A stretch of 64,000 bases of DNA from Carcharhinus amblyrhynchos (lineage: Eukaryota), in assembly GCA_965287045.1 (NCBI GenBank), contig OZ336875.1, positions 69,936,001 to 70,000,000 of the forward strand, given 5' to 3'. Below are positions 13,500-25,312 of the stretch, piece after piece. Within the stretch, counting starts at the first letter, position 1. The number at the start of each line of letters is the position of its first letter. The notes beneath the pieces were generated by a model. It searched no databases. It had not been told where the DNA came from and was given only the letters and a program-made list of their open reading frames with translations. Position numbers and translations under genes: made by a program.

Positions 13500-13765
13500 G
13501 ATAGGTAGCACGAGCACTTCAGTTTGCAGCTTGGCTGACTGTGTGTAGTCTGCACATTCTCCCCATGCCTGTGTGGGTTTCCTCCAGGTGTTGCAGTTTC
13601 CTCCCACAGTCTGAAAGACATGCTGGATAGGTGCATTGGTTATGCCAAATTCTCCCTCAGTGTATCCAAACAGGTGGTGGATGTGGCCATTAGGACATTT
13701 TCACAGTAACTTTAGTGTAATGTTGATGTAAGCCTACTTGTGACACTAATAAAAACTTTAAACTT
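13500..13765 (+). mobile_element. V-type SINE (same subfamily as 10300-10590)
   Basis: ttctccccatgcctgtgtgggtttcctcc...cccacagtctgaaagac...gtgacactaataaaa. Confidence 0.82.
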
Positions 13766-14210
13766 AAGCATCTGACAGAACGGAGTCAGAAATCAGGCAA
13801 AGAGTAATAAAACTATATTGAATACCCGAGAGGAGCAAAAACAAACCTTTAAAAACAATTTACAGGTCATGCTATAGTTTGCTAGTAACCAGTCAACCAT
13901 AAGGAGGGAATAACGGTTTGTATTTACAACCGCAGGACATCCCTAAGCAGCTTTGTCAACGAAGTGTACTTCTGATATGCAGTCACTGTTGTAATGTAGG
14001 CAATCGCACAAACAGCAATGAGAAAAAAACCTGATCTGTTTCAGTGATGCTGGTGAGGGATGCGTATAGGCTAGGAGCAATATTTCCTGCTAAACTGTAC
14101 AGGAACCTCAACTTAAACGGCACCTTTAAGTTGCCACACAATTTTGAAGGGCTTGTGCACTTAAACAAATCTGTCATGCATTACAAAAATATTTACTGGG
14201 CCCATTGACT

Positions 14211-14446
14211 AGTAAGTAGTCTCACAACACCAGGTTAAAGTCCAACAGGTTTATTTGATAGTCAACACCACAAGCTTTCGGAACCCTGTTACTTCGTCAG
14301 GTGAGTCCACTGACCTGATGAAGGAACAGCATTCCGAAAACTTGAGGCGTTTATTATCAAATAGACCTGTTGGACTTTAACTTGGTGTAATGAGACTTCT
14401 TACTGTGTTTACCCCAGTCCAACGCCAGCATCGCTACATCATGACT
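14211..14446. mobile_element. Foldback Penelope-pLTR-derived element with hammerhead cores on both strands
   Basis: Inverted arms ~14211-14305 and ~14311-14404 plus a ~40-nt tail. CTGATGA..GAAA on plus and CTGACGA..GAAA on minus. Imperfect TSD cccattgact / cccactgacc. Confidence 0.8.
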
Positions 14447-14459
14447 CCCACTGACCAGG

Positions 14460-14600
14460 TTATGAGACAAAATCCCTAGCTTTTCTTCAAGAAGTGCTAT
14501 GTGAGTCCTTACATCCTTCCAAAAAGTGGCATCTTGGACTGTGCAGCACTGCAGATTCAGCCAAGACTGTATGCTCATGTTTCTAATGTGCCATGTGAAT
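14460..14600 (-). mobile_element. Deu-domain SINE remnant (3' part probably at ~13915-14140)
   Basis: ttcttcaagaagtgctatg...tccttccaaaaagtggcatc...gtgcagcact resembles the reverse Deu core. Confidence 0.55.
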
Positions 14601-17600
14601 CCAGTTTCATCACTGAACCAACTTTAATCCATAGCCAAGTTGGAACATATGGTCTTGAACAAGTGAACTTTCAAGGAAAGTCCATTCTAATGAGCTTTGA
14701 AGCAGATTTGGAACACATTATCTAATGTAACTTGGTAACGCAGAGGGATGGTTTCAAATATTTTGGGACAGAGCAATAACGTGGGTATGTGTTGTGTGAA
14801 ATGGGCAAGCAAGAATAAAGGATTTGTAACATTATTCCCCTCTCCCCTGGTCAAATGCCCCCCTCAAAAACTGAAGAAATAAATCAAATGGATGCGGGCA
14901 ATTAAAAGATCATTGAACCTGCCTAACTCTGGCTGTCTAGTGTGCCAATATTTTTGTCCCTTTCATTTAACAGGTTGCTATGTTTACTCCTCAGGTGCGC
15001 AAGTGAAAAGGTGACATGGAGATTTTTAAAATATTAAAAAAGGTTTCAATGGGAATAGACAGAAAATTTCTTTTTAAGATAGGCACTAAGGAACCAAATA
15101 GTAAATTTAGAAAAAATTGGCCAAGGCGAATAGTACTGATGCATTGAATCGGAAGGAAGATAAACATTTGACAGGAGGTTAAATTGATGTATAGATTTGG
15201 CTCAAGTGAAGCATAAATGGGCAGCTTAGGAAACTGGCCTGTTTGTGCTGCATATTCCATATAATTCAACAAACTACTCTGAATGCCTCAAACTATTTGC
15301 ACTGTAGTGAAATGGAAAATTTCATGCCAGTGAACTGCTTCAAAGAAACAAGTGCGAAGGCACAAGGTTTGATTCTCTCTCTCTCTATGCTTCAGTATTA
15401 GTTGTTCCATTGTTGGAAACTGGATGAGCAGCCATGGTCTGTGCTTACCACAGTGAAGTGTCAAGTCATTGCAAGCCAGTGCTGCTCATTCTCATCACAT
15501 ATGGGATATGGCAGTCCCAAACATATTTATTGTGAACTGGAACCAGAAGTTCCATGTTGGGGAATGGAAAATAAACAGCAGGAGCAGAAGCTCGAACAGT
15601 AGCTTTACTGATTAGGTGGAATTTCCCCAAATGTGAAATCTTAGCAAAATAAATGCTAACTTCTTGAATTTAATTTTCTTGGGCGTTTACCAGCAATAGG
15701 CTTGCATACATATACAGAAAGTCAGATACATTCACAAAATAGGAACAAAGCATTTGGCCAATTCTGTAATACTGAAAGTTACATGCACTGGCCCTCAACG
15801 GAGGCCAACTGTTACTGAGGTTTGATACATCACTTGAGGTAACTGGCAAACAAAATGCACAAATTGCATTTCAGTTGCAAAGAACGGGAATTCATACACT
15901 CTACCAGTTGCCACAACACAGATGTATGCAGGCTACACTGTCAAGATCATCACAGACTCATTTCTTTTTGGAGCCAAGCAATCTATATATGGCAACGAAC
16001 AGGCTCAATCCTCTCCACACCAAAGCTCAGGCTGTATTCACTCCAAAGTTTGGAGTAAGGAAGGACATGTTAGAAAGTGTGCAAAAGCGGTCATTAATTT
16101 TGACGTAGTTAACACAGCATTAGATGGCAATGGAAATCAGGAGACTGAATCCATTTCCTGTCTGTAATTTAAAAAAAGAAATCAACTTTTATTTTGCATA
16201 ACCCACACTTTTCAACTGTTTTATAGAAACTTAAGCACAAATTTTAGACTGGTCCCTGCAGAATGGTGACGTTTGTCATCTGATATTTTCCTGGTAAACA
16301 GCTAACAACTGGGGGACAGTGTTATAGTTCAACTACGGTTCTAGTCCAACTATGGTTAGTGTAAAATAGGCAGACAGTAGTTCCTCAAAGACTCTTGCTG
16401 TTCAGTCTTCTGGGAGTTCTGAACTATAAAGCAACAAGAATGATTCAAATGTGCTGTAATTTATTTCACAAACTTGTCATCCAGATAACTTCATAATTAT
16501 AGAAGATTGCTGATAGCTCTGCCATCTTCTGCAGCCCCAGTTAAATGCTTTTTTAATTTAATCTCTATATCTCTATCTTGTTTAATTCCCTTTTCACAGA
16601 TTTCTTTCCACACTTGAGAAGCTGCCTGTCCTTAGAATATTACAACACACAGTGGTAATTTGGTCCATCAAACCCATGCTAGCACTTTGAAAGAGCTACA
16701 AGTTCCATATTCCTTCTTTTTTCACATAGCACCACAAGGTTCTCTTTTTTAGCATCCTTTTCAAGGAAATGAACTTGGGGAGGCTTATTTACTGTAGGAG
16801 CATCACTATCAAGCCTAATTTTGCCCAAATAGCAATCTGCACAAGTATGCGTTTCATCAGCGAGTTGTTTTGAAACTTGAGCTAGCTGATTTTCCCCTTC
16901 AAACCCAAGAGATGTTGATGCCCAGCATGTTGCCCAATTTGGCTGAAATCAACTAACCCAGCACAAGTAAGGATTGAATCGAAGTTCTGTCTAACACCGC
17001 TATATATTTAATAATCACACCAAAAAAAGCAACAAAAAACTGACTAGAGTGAAAAACTTGCAAGTTCACTAATTAAAGGTCCAATATATTAGCCACTTGT
17101 CACATGTAGCTAATTGGGGATCCAGATTAGTAAATATAAATTAGTCATACGCCACTGTGGGTCCATTGACTGTGATGCTCATTGATTGATGGATCTGGCA
17201 AGTCTTATGACATGAATCAAGAGTTTCAGTGATCACTGACAGTAAAGTACCACATGAAACTAAACACAAGTTTCATTAACAAAGTGCAGAATTCGAAGCT
17301 TTGGTTTAAAGAGTTTAGTACTGAATGAGGTAGGCGTGTATTAAAAAAAAAATCATGAAATATTTTTACCAGGATTGCGTTGTGTGCAAGACCTTTTCTA
17401 CTACAGTTAGTACAAATGGCTAAAGCAGTATCACCATTGCAACAACCATGCCTAGTCGGCTACTTTGAACGGATGGTATTGTCCAAAAAGATGAGAGAGT
17501 TTCTTTCTGGCATACAATTTCTAGAAAGCCTCAGCATCTAAAGGAATTCCTGCATTTTACAGGAGCATTCAGCAAGGCAGTTAGTTAACTCTAAACCTTA

Positions 17601-18039
17601 TTTTCAAAACAGGGTGCAAAATGTTTGCGAGATCACAGACCTGAAGTATTAACTCTTTTGCTCCACAGATGCTGTTTGATCTGTTGAATAATTCCAGCAT
17701 TTTGTGCTCCAAAATTATCACATTGCTAGGTTGTACAAGAAAGACCCAACTGAACAATAGGCAAGCTCAAAATGAGTGCCATTTAACCCAGAAATGATAC
17801 ACGCCCATTCAACGAGGTCCAGACTTAAAAAAACCCACAGAAGATAAACCAATAATTTTAAAAATTCTAACACCACACAACTGGTACATTGTTAGGAGGG
17901 ACAGAGGTACATGGGGATTAACGCAAACAACAAAAAACTTAATACATATGCTAAACATTCCAGTAGAAACAACACGTTTAGGGCAGATGAGCACCTCAGT
18001 GTCCCAGTTAATGAAGTGCTGTCAGTTTTGGACTGTGAA

Positions 18040-18345
18040 AAGACAGTTACAATTTCCACATTGTGAAGTCCACAAAGAGCAATGAATTAATGTTCTAGTG
18101 CCATTGATTGAGAGATAAATATTGGCCAGCTCATGGCTAACTCCCCTACTTTGCTTTGAAATAGTGCCATGGGATCTTTTATGTCCACTTGAAAGGGCAG
18201 ATGGAGTTTTGGTTTTACTGGTCCTCTCAAAAGGTGGCACAACCAATAGGTGCGTACATCTGATAGCCTACTGTATTCAAGACTGTAGTGTGGGATTCAA
18301 AGCAATAATCCAATAACTTTGATTCATGAGGCATGACTGACACCA
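18040..18345 (-). mobile_element. Deu-domain SINE (SacSINE1/AmnSINE-like)
   Basis: gaaatagtgccatgggatcttttatgtccacttgaaagggcagatgg is the reverse complement of the Deu core. Confidence 0.8.
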
Positions 18346-19320
18346 CAAACTAAGTGAGCATACATTTTTTAGTTTGATCTTCGTGGCCTGTAGCCTCAAT
18401 ACCGCTTTTCAGGATCATGTTGCTTTTGATGAGGAGTAGTAACATTCCTCAATCGAGCATATCTGAACTCAAGACAACATCTACATATTTTTTCTTTTTA
18501 GCCAGCTCAGGAAGTTTCCTGCAATTGTATAGGAAGCCAGTTATGGACTTTATCCAAGGACGTCAATAGTTCAGCTCTAGTCCTATCCATTGCTCAGTTC
18601 CAGTTTCTGACCACTTGGAAGTTACTAATGGCGCCAGGAGAGAATTGTTTATTGCATTGGAAGCAACTGGTTAATAGGCAAAATGCACTTTTGAGAACAA
18701 GTCAGAATATTGATTCAGCACTGCCAACAGAACCTCTATGCCAACAAGTGGCAGACCTGGACCCAGCAGGTCTTTCACATCAACTCAAAATGCTGTCACA
18801 AGGCACAGTACAAAGTCTGGAAAAGCAAACTGTGTTGCAGAGTACTTCACACAGCTGAAGCGAGTGTCTGAAAATTTCACACACCTGCTACGACAGTTCA
18901 CTATAACCACAGTGTTCACAAACATAACAGTGGAAACTGAGTAATGGATTCAGTGTGCCACACACGACAATTTACTGAGTCTGAGGGACACAAACATCCC
19001 ATTAACATGGGGATTCAGTTGGACCTGCTTCAACCTCTTTCACTCTGACTGGATAATTCCCAACATCGGAAGTCACGAAGAAGTTAGCAAATTAAAAAAA
19101 TGCCATTTCACTCACTGCAACATTGGCAAACAAATACCAGCGACATCCAAAAATCGTGGAATAGACTCCAATTTCAGAACTAATAATCAAAAATCAGTGC
19201 TGAATCTACTTGTCATTATTTCTTCATTTGGTTTTAGTTCCAATTTGAGCCTCTGGATCCAGACTGGGTCTATACAGGGGTAAAGGAGTGAGCTGAATGG
19301 AGATGATCGGTTGGCCTCAC

Positions 19321-19527
19321 CTGTTATAATTGCTGGGTCCATCCAGCCACTCCCACTCTCCCAGTTCAGGCCGGTGCTGTTGGCTGAAGTTGGTGCTGCA
19401 TGGTTCACTGAAGAGCAGGAAGCAGCATTTGGTAGTCCCCCAAAATTGATGTTAATATTTGGTAACAGTGCCCGTAGACCATCCTGCCACTCTTTCACAT
19501 TTAAACTTGCCACATTACTGCCGCTGT
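19321..19527 (-). CDS. CNOT4: CNOT4 coding exon (207 bp, symmetric phase 1-1), DSGSNVASLNVKEWQDGLRALLPNININFGGLPN...WMDPAIIT
   Basis: Acceptor tttttttcag|ACAGCGG, donor ATAACAG|gtgagg. Contains the conserved KEWQDGLRALLPNININFGGLPN motif of long CNOT4 isoforms. Confidence 0.96.
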
Positions 19528-19789
19528 CTGAAAAAAATAAAATAAAATAAAAGGAAAAACAAAAATTAACTGGGCATTGCCAGATAAGTTTTGGATTTTA
19601 CTGGTCTTGATTCCATGCTACTTAAGGGGTCTCACATTCACTAGTCTGCTCACATGTATTCAGCAGCCCCATCTATTTTGGATCTGCACACATTCAAAGG
19701 TGGCATTTCCATTACTATTACTGGGGCCCCCATACTTGCTGTTTCTCTGCTCACTGAAGCAACGGTTTTGTACCTGTCTGCACTTGTTG

Positions 19790-20015
19790 ACCCAGTGTCC
19801 ATTCCATTGGGCTTATAAATCCTTTGGATCCAGTCTCTTTCCCACTCAGAACTCCACATACATTCCCTGGATCCCGCTTCTACTCCAGTTACCAAGGTCC
19901 ATGCATATTCTCTAGGTCCAATCTTTATTTCAGACACTACAGTACACGGATTCCCTGGATCCCATCTCTATTTCATCCACTGAAGTGCACTCACATTCCC
20001 TGGATCCTGTATTCC
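19790..20015. repeat. Degenerate ~44-bp tandem repeat (cacattccctggatccc core)
   Basis: ggatcc/ggtcc cores near 19826, 19869, 19915, 19957 and 20002, spaced roughly 43-46 bp. Confidence 0.7.
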
Positions 20016-21049
20016 GGTCACTGGATTCATGCAAACTGCTCCGGCCCTGTGTGCATTCTAGCTTCCAAAGTCCATGTGTTCATGGTGCTACCCAATGCCC
20101 AAATAAGGATTTTTCCTCAAATCTAAGGCATCTGTTGACTTAATCAATATATATCTGCAGCTCATATGATAAAGCCATATGGAAATGTGACACCCTATAT
20201 TACCTAACAATTTTGAAAGTCAAGGGGTTGCAAGTTCCTGTACAAACTTCTGACTCTGCAAGTTTTAGTGTGCATGTTCGACAAGATTCGTTCAAACTAA
20301 TCAATATCTGACCCCAACGTTCACCTGTTAAAGAGTATAATGTCACCATGCTCAGGAAATCAAATCACAGCAGCATTCAACAACTTGTTTAAAAAGGGAG
20401 CGCGAAAACTAATTTAGCAGAAAATAAATTTTGAGTAAGTGATTAAAGAAAAGTCTCTAGCAGTTATATGCATAATCAAAACTGCACTGCAGTTCCAACT
20501 GACAAGACCTGACAATGAATGGGAAGTTCTGCCTAATGAATTCGCATCCTCTCTCAGACGAGAGCAGGGATACAGCTTTGGAAAGCCTACAAAATAAATC
20601 TAAACTTTGTTTTTTTAAATTTACAAATTGGAATGACACTCAGAACCATATAAATATTATTTCATCCTGGCTTAGCAACCATATTGTTAACAGCTGTTGT
20701 TTGAAAGGGAAAGTGCAGATTGGTCAAACTATGTTGCTGGCGATGCACTGAGTGGCTGAATGTTAACGACATAAGCAGACAGTCAGTTTGCTTGGACTTT
20801 TCAACCAAATTCCAGGTGACAATGAGACAACCTGACAGGCTGAATGCTGAAAGCATGTTTCCCCCGTGGGAGAGATTAGAGTTAGGGGACACAATTCAAA
20901 AACAAAGGGTCTCACAGGAAAGTTATAGCACAGAAAGAAGCCATTCAGCTCAACATGTCTGCTTCAGACAAGGAGTGAGGAAAAAAAAGACCCATCTAGG
21001 CCCCTTAATTAGGTCACCCCTTAGCCTTTGTCTGAAGGAAAACACTGGC

Positions 21050-21790
21050 CTATCCAATCATTCCTCTGATGCAACTTTAATGCCCTGGCAACATTCTTGC
21101 AAACCTCTTAATTTCCAGGGCAATGATGACTCCCTGTAATGTGGTGACCAGAACTGTGCACAATTTCAGCTATAGCCTAATCAGAATTTTAATGTAGTTT
21201 ATTACATCCCTGCTTCAATAACTGGTCCAAACAAGGAAAGCATTCCATATGTTTTCTTCATTATCTTATCCACCTATCTCGCTATCTTCTGGATTCTGTG
21301 GATATGCATTTCATGATCTGTTACTCCTCTCTACCCTTCTCAATATCTTTCCATTTATTATGTAATCCCTTGCTTTGTTTGCCCTCCCCAAGTGCATGCC
21401 CTCAATTTTCTGGATTGAATTCCATTTGTCACTTTTCACCCATTTACCAAACTATTGATATCATTCTGGAGCTCTCAGCTATCTTCTTCACGATGAACTA
21501 CGCTGCCAATTTTTGTGTCATCTGCAAACTTTCCAATCATGCATCCTATTTAAGTTCAGGCTATTAACATATACAACAAAGGCCCCAAAACTGGATTGCC
21601 ACTGGAATTTGCTTTCATTCGCACAAACATCCATCCCTTTCTTTCCAGTTGCTGAACCAATTTTGAATCCAATTCATCACCTTCTCCTGTATCCCATAGG
21701 ATTTCACATTCTGACCAGTCTGCCAAACTGAGCCACCCTCAATCCTCCTCATTACTTCCTCAAAAAATTCTATTAAGTTAGAGAGAGACA
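21050..21790 (-). mobile_element. Old CR1 RT fragment
   Basis: gtggtgaccagaactgtgcacaa, gtgtcatctgcaaactt (KFADDT reversed), cctcaaaaaattc. Confidence 0.75.
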
Positions 21791-21859
21791 AGATCTTCTC
21801 AAAAATCAGACAAAATTGGGCTATCCCTGATCAATCCACACCTAAGTGACAGTTATCCC

Positions 21860-22130
21860 ATTTAAGATGGGGCCGAGAAAAAATTTTTTTTACTCAAGGT
21901 TATGAATGTTTGAAATTCTTTCCCAGAGAGGGGTGGAGGCAGGATCAATAAACATTTAGAAGGCAGAGATAGGCAAATTGTTGACTAACAAGGGAGTTGA
22001 AGCTTATTGGGGATAGGCAGAATATGGAATTGAGATCACAATCAGATTAGCCATAATCTCACTGAATTGTGAAGCAGGTTTGAGGGGTCAAATGGTCTAT
22101 TTCTGCTCCTGAGTCACATGCTCCTATGGT
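21860..22130 (+). mobile_element. CR1 3'-end fragment
   Basis: tttaagatgggg...tgaatgtttgaaattc...gatcacaatcagattagccat...ctgctcctg. Confidence 0.72.
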
Positions 22131-24093
22131 AAGAAATAATTTTAAATATCAAAGAGCACAATTTCTTAAAAACTAAGATGTGACGGTTGTGTGTGCTTGG
22201 CTTAAAGCTCATCACGTATCACGCTAAGCATTGAAAGGACAAAAAAGTTGAACTGAACAAATTTTCAATAATTATAAGTTTGCAAAAAGCTCCACTGACA
22301 TTTACAACTCTGCTCAAGCAGCTCTCAGAAAAATTGATGTGCTGTAGGTGAGCCAATACCCTCTTGAATTAATTGCTGCCCATGAATACTCACATTTACA
22401 CACAGGCATCGAAGTTAACGCAGACACAAGTTGCAGCAAGACTGCTGACAATGACCACTATCTGATTTGCATTCTGGACCAAGGATGCTTTGTAGTAACT
22501 TGTTCAGGGTCCTTCTGACTAAATCACACAATCTCCCCTAGTTGTGTTGACCCTGGTAAAATAGATTTCCTTTGAGTTTTTTTTTTAAATGTTGCAAGTT
22601 TGTAATACAGCTTAATACTCTGGTGTTTTGCATTAGAACAGAAATATTGTCATTGTTACCTATCACTTCAGCCAGTGAAATAAAGAGTAAATACTGCTGC
22701 TTTTGTAATCTCCCTGGCTGCCAATCCTTCTTACTCAGTGTCCATTTTTCAAGTGGAATAAAAACACTTAAAAAAAAAACAGGCCAGTGAGCCTCACATC
22801 TGCGTTGGGTAAATTGTTGGAAGGTATTTTGAGAGACAGGATCCACAGGCATTTAGAGATGCAAGGACTGATTAGGGACAACCAGCATAACTTTGAGTGG
22901 AAAATCATGTCTCACAAATTTAACAGTTTTTTGAAGGGTAACTAAGAAGGTAGATGAGAGCAGTGCAGTTGATGTTGTCTACATAGATTTTAACAAGGCC
23001 TTTGACAAGGTACTGCATGGTAGGTTGTTGCATAAAGTTAAATCTCACGGGACCCAGGCTGAGGTATCTAAATGGACGCAAAATTGGCTTCTGTAGGGTG
23101 GTTGCAGAGAGTTGTTTTTCAAACTGGAGGCCTGTGACCAGTGGTGTGCCTCAGGGATCAGTGCTGGGCCCATTGTTATTTGTTTATATTAATGATTTGG
23201 ATGAGAATATAAGAGGCATAGTTAGTAAGTTTGCAGATGACACCAAGATTGGTGGCTTTGTGGACAGTGAAGAAAGTTATCTCCAATTGCAACAGGATCT
23301 GGATTAATTGGGCTGGTGGGCTGAAGAATGGCAGATGGAGTTTAATTTAGGCAAATGCGAGGTGATGCATTGTCTTAGATAGAACCAGGGCAGGAATTAC
23401 TCAGTTAAGGTAGGGCGTTGGGAAAAGTTACAGAACAAAGAGGTCTAGGGGTACATGTTCATAGCTCCTTGAAAGTGGAGTCACAGGTGGACAGAGTGGT
23501 GAAGGCAGCATTCGGCATGCTTGATTTCATCGGTCAGAACTTTGAATACAGGAGTTGGGACGTCTTGTTGAAGTTGTAGAAGACATCAGTAAGGCCACAC
23601 TTGGAATACTGTGTGCAATTCTGGTCACCCTATTATAGAAAGGATATTAAACTAGAAAGAGTGCAGAAAAGACTTACTAGGATGCTACTGGGGCTTGATG
23701 GATTGAGTTATAAAGGAGAGGCTGAATAGACTGGGACCTTTTTCTCTGGCACGTAGGAGATTGAGGGGTGACCTTATAAAATGATGAGGGGCATAGACAA
23801 GATAGATAGTCAATATTTTTTTCCAAACGTAAGGGAGTCTAAAACTAAAGGGCATAGCTTAAGGTGAGAGAGGAGAGATACAAAAATGTCCAGAAGGGCA
23901 ATTTTTTCCACCCAGAGGGTGGAGTGTGTCTGGAACAAGCTGCCAGGGATAGTAGTAGAGGTGGGTACAATTTTATTTTTTAAAAAGCATCTAGATAGTT
24001 ACATGGGTATGATGGGTAGAGGGATATGGGCCAAATGTGGACAATTGGGATTAGCTTAGGAGTTTTAAAAAAAGGGCAGTATGGACAAGTTGA

Positions 24094-24284
24094 CATGATG
24101 CGGATATACTGGCGTTGGACTGGGGTAAACACAGTAAAAAGTCTGACAACACCAGGTTTATATGCTCTGTCTGAGGCCAGAGCTCTCCATTCACCTGAAG
24201 AAGAGGGAAACCCCTCGAAAGCTAGTGAGTTTACTATCAAATAAAATCGGTAGGACTAAAACCTGGTATTGTCAGACTTTTTAC
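24094..24284. mobile_element. ~190-bp Penelope-pLTR-derived insertion with inverted repeat and 12-bp TSD
   Basis: TSD tggacaagttga at 24082-24093 and 24285-24296. 27-bp inverted repeat 24133-24159 / 24259-24285 with 1 mismatch. Confidence 0.85.
24189..24230 (+). ncRNA. Minimal type I hammerhead ribozyme motif (Penelope-type)
   Basis: AUUCAC-CUGAAGA-A-GAGGG(AAAC)CCCUC-GAAA-GCUA-GUGAGU: 6-bp stem I, 5-bp stem II, palindromic AGCU stem III, CUA cleavage triplet. Activity untested. Confidence 0.7.
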
Positions 24285-24542
24285 TGGACAAGTTGAGCCA
24301 GAAGACCTGTTTCCACGCTGTAAACCTCTACGACTCTATCATATTAATCGCCTTGAGCAGATGGTTGATACCTTGTGGTGCCTTGGAGTTGTTCATATTT
24401 CACTGTGAGCTCAAAATTAGAGCAGAATGGATTCTAACCCTGGAAAATATGCTGCAGGAATTAAATAGGAGGAGGTGTTTGCATTTGACAAATGTAAACA
24501 CATGTTATACTTAAAGATCAGGATGGTTGTGGAACTGAGCCA

Positions 24543-24629
24543 TGACAGATCAGCCATGATCTTATTGAATGGCGGGGCAGGCTCGAAGGGTTAGATGGCC
24601 TACTCCTGCTCCTATTTCTTATGTTCTTA
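24543..24629 (+). mobile_element. Very short CR1 3' tail of the young family at 2787 and 6318
   Basis: gacagatcagccatgatcttattgaatggcggggcaggctcga...ctatttcttatgttcttat is the reverse complement of ~6318-6405. Confidence 0.88.
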
Positions 24630-25159
24630 TAATCCATTTACATAACACCTGCAAAATATTTATTTCCACAAAAGCCAGTTAAAACATTAGGACAGACATA
24701 CTTGAAGCAGGCTTGTAACTGCACCCTGACTGCAGTGCTGCTATTGGACTGGGAGTTCGATTAAAAATCAATACTTTGAGTAAAGTGAAGTCCAACAAGA
24801 TTTATTGCAATACTAGAGTGTTTGCATACATAGAACATAACAGCACAGTACAGGCCCTTCGGTCCTCAATGTTGTGCCACGCTGTGTCCAATTCCAAGAT
24901 CAAGCTATCCTCTCCCTATCATTCTGGTGTGCATCAAGATGCATTTGGTTAAATGAATATGACAACCATAATGACCAATTAAATACAGGACTCAGCAGAG
25001 ACTGCGCTTGCCAGCCTTGCAATTTTTTTTATATAAGGGAGTCACTATTCAGGGTTCCTGTTTCACAATCAACCGGGCATTTCAAAACTCTAACCACAAA
25101 CAATGCATCACGTCCCATACACAGCTTGAAAACATTGGAGGGGAACTATAACAAAACCT

Positions 25160-25275
25160 AGGACTTAAAATGTTAGCTGTTTTATCCCCTACCGATGCTG
25201 CCAGACCTGCTCAGATTTTCCAGCATTGCCTGTTTTCATTTCAGGTTCCAGCATCCACAGTATTTTGCTTATATT
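25160..25275 (+). mobile_element. Penelope-like terminal repeat fragment (second family; also ~17640-17705, ~31200-31275, ~60330-60453)
   Basis: gatgctgccagacctgct...ttttccagcatt...ttccagcatcc motif shared with the end of the element at 52220-52352. Confidence 0.7.
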
Positions 25276-25312
25276 ATTACAAAGCCTAGAGACTTTACAC
25301 AATTCAGCTGTA

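Larger units (their letters stand above)
22775..24340 (+). mobile_element. CR1 LINE, 5'-truncated; 3' UTR interrupted by a Penelope-derived insert
   Basis: [22 protein letters not shown]...KFADDTKIGG; tail ...ctctacgactcta. Confidence 0.92.
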
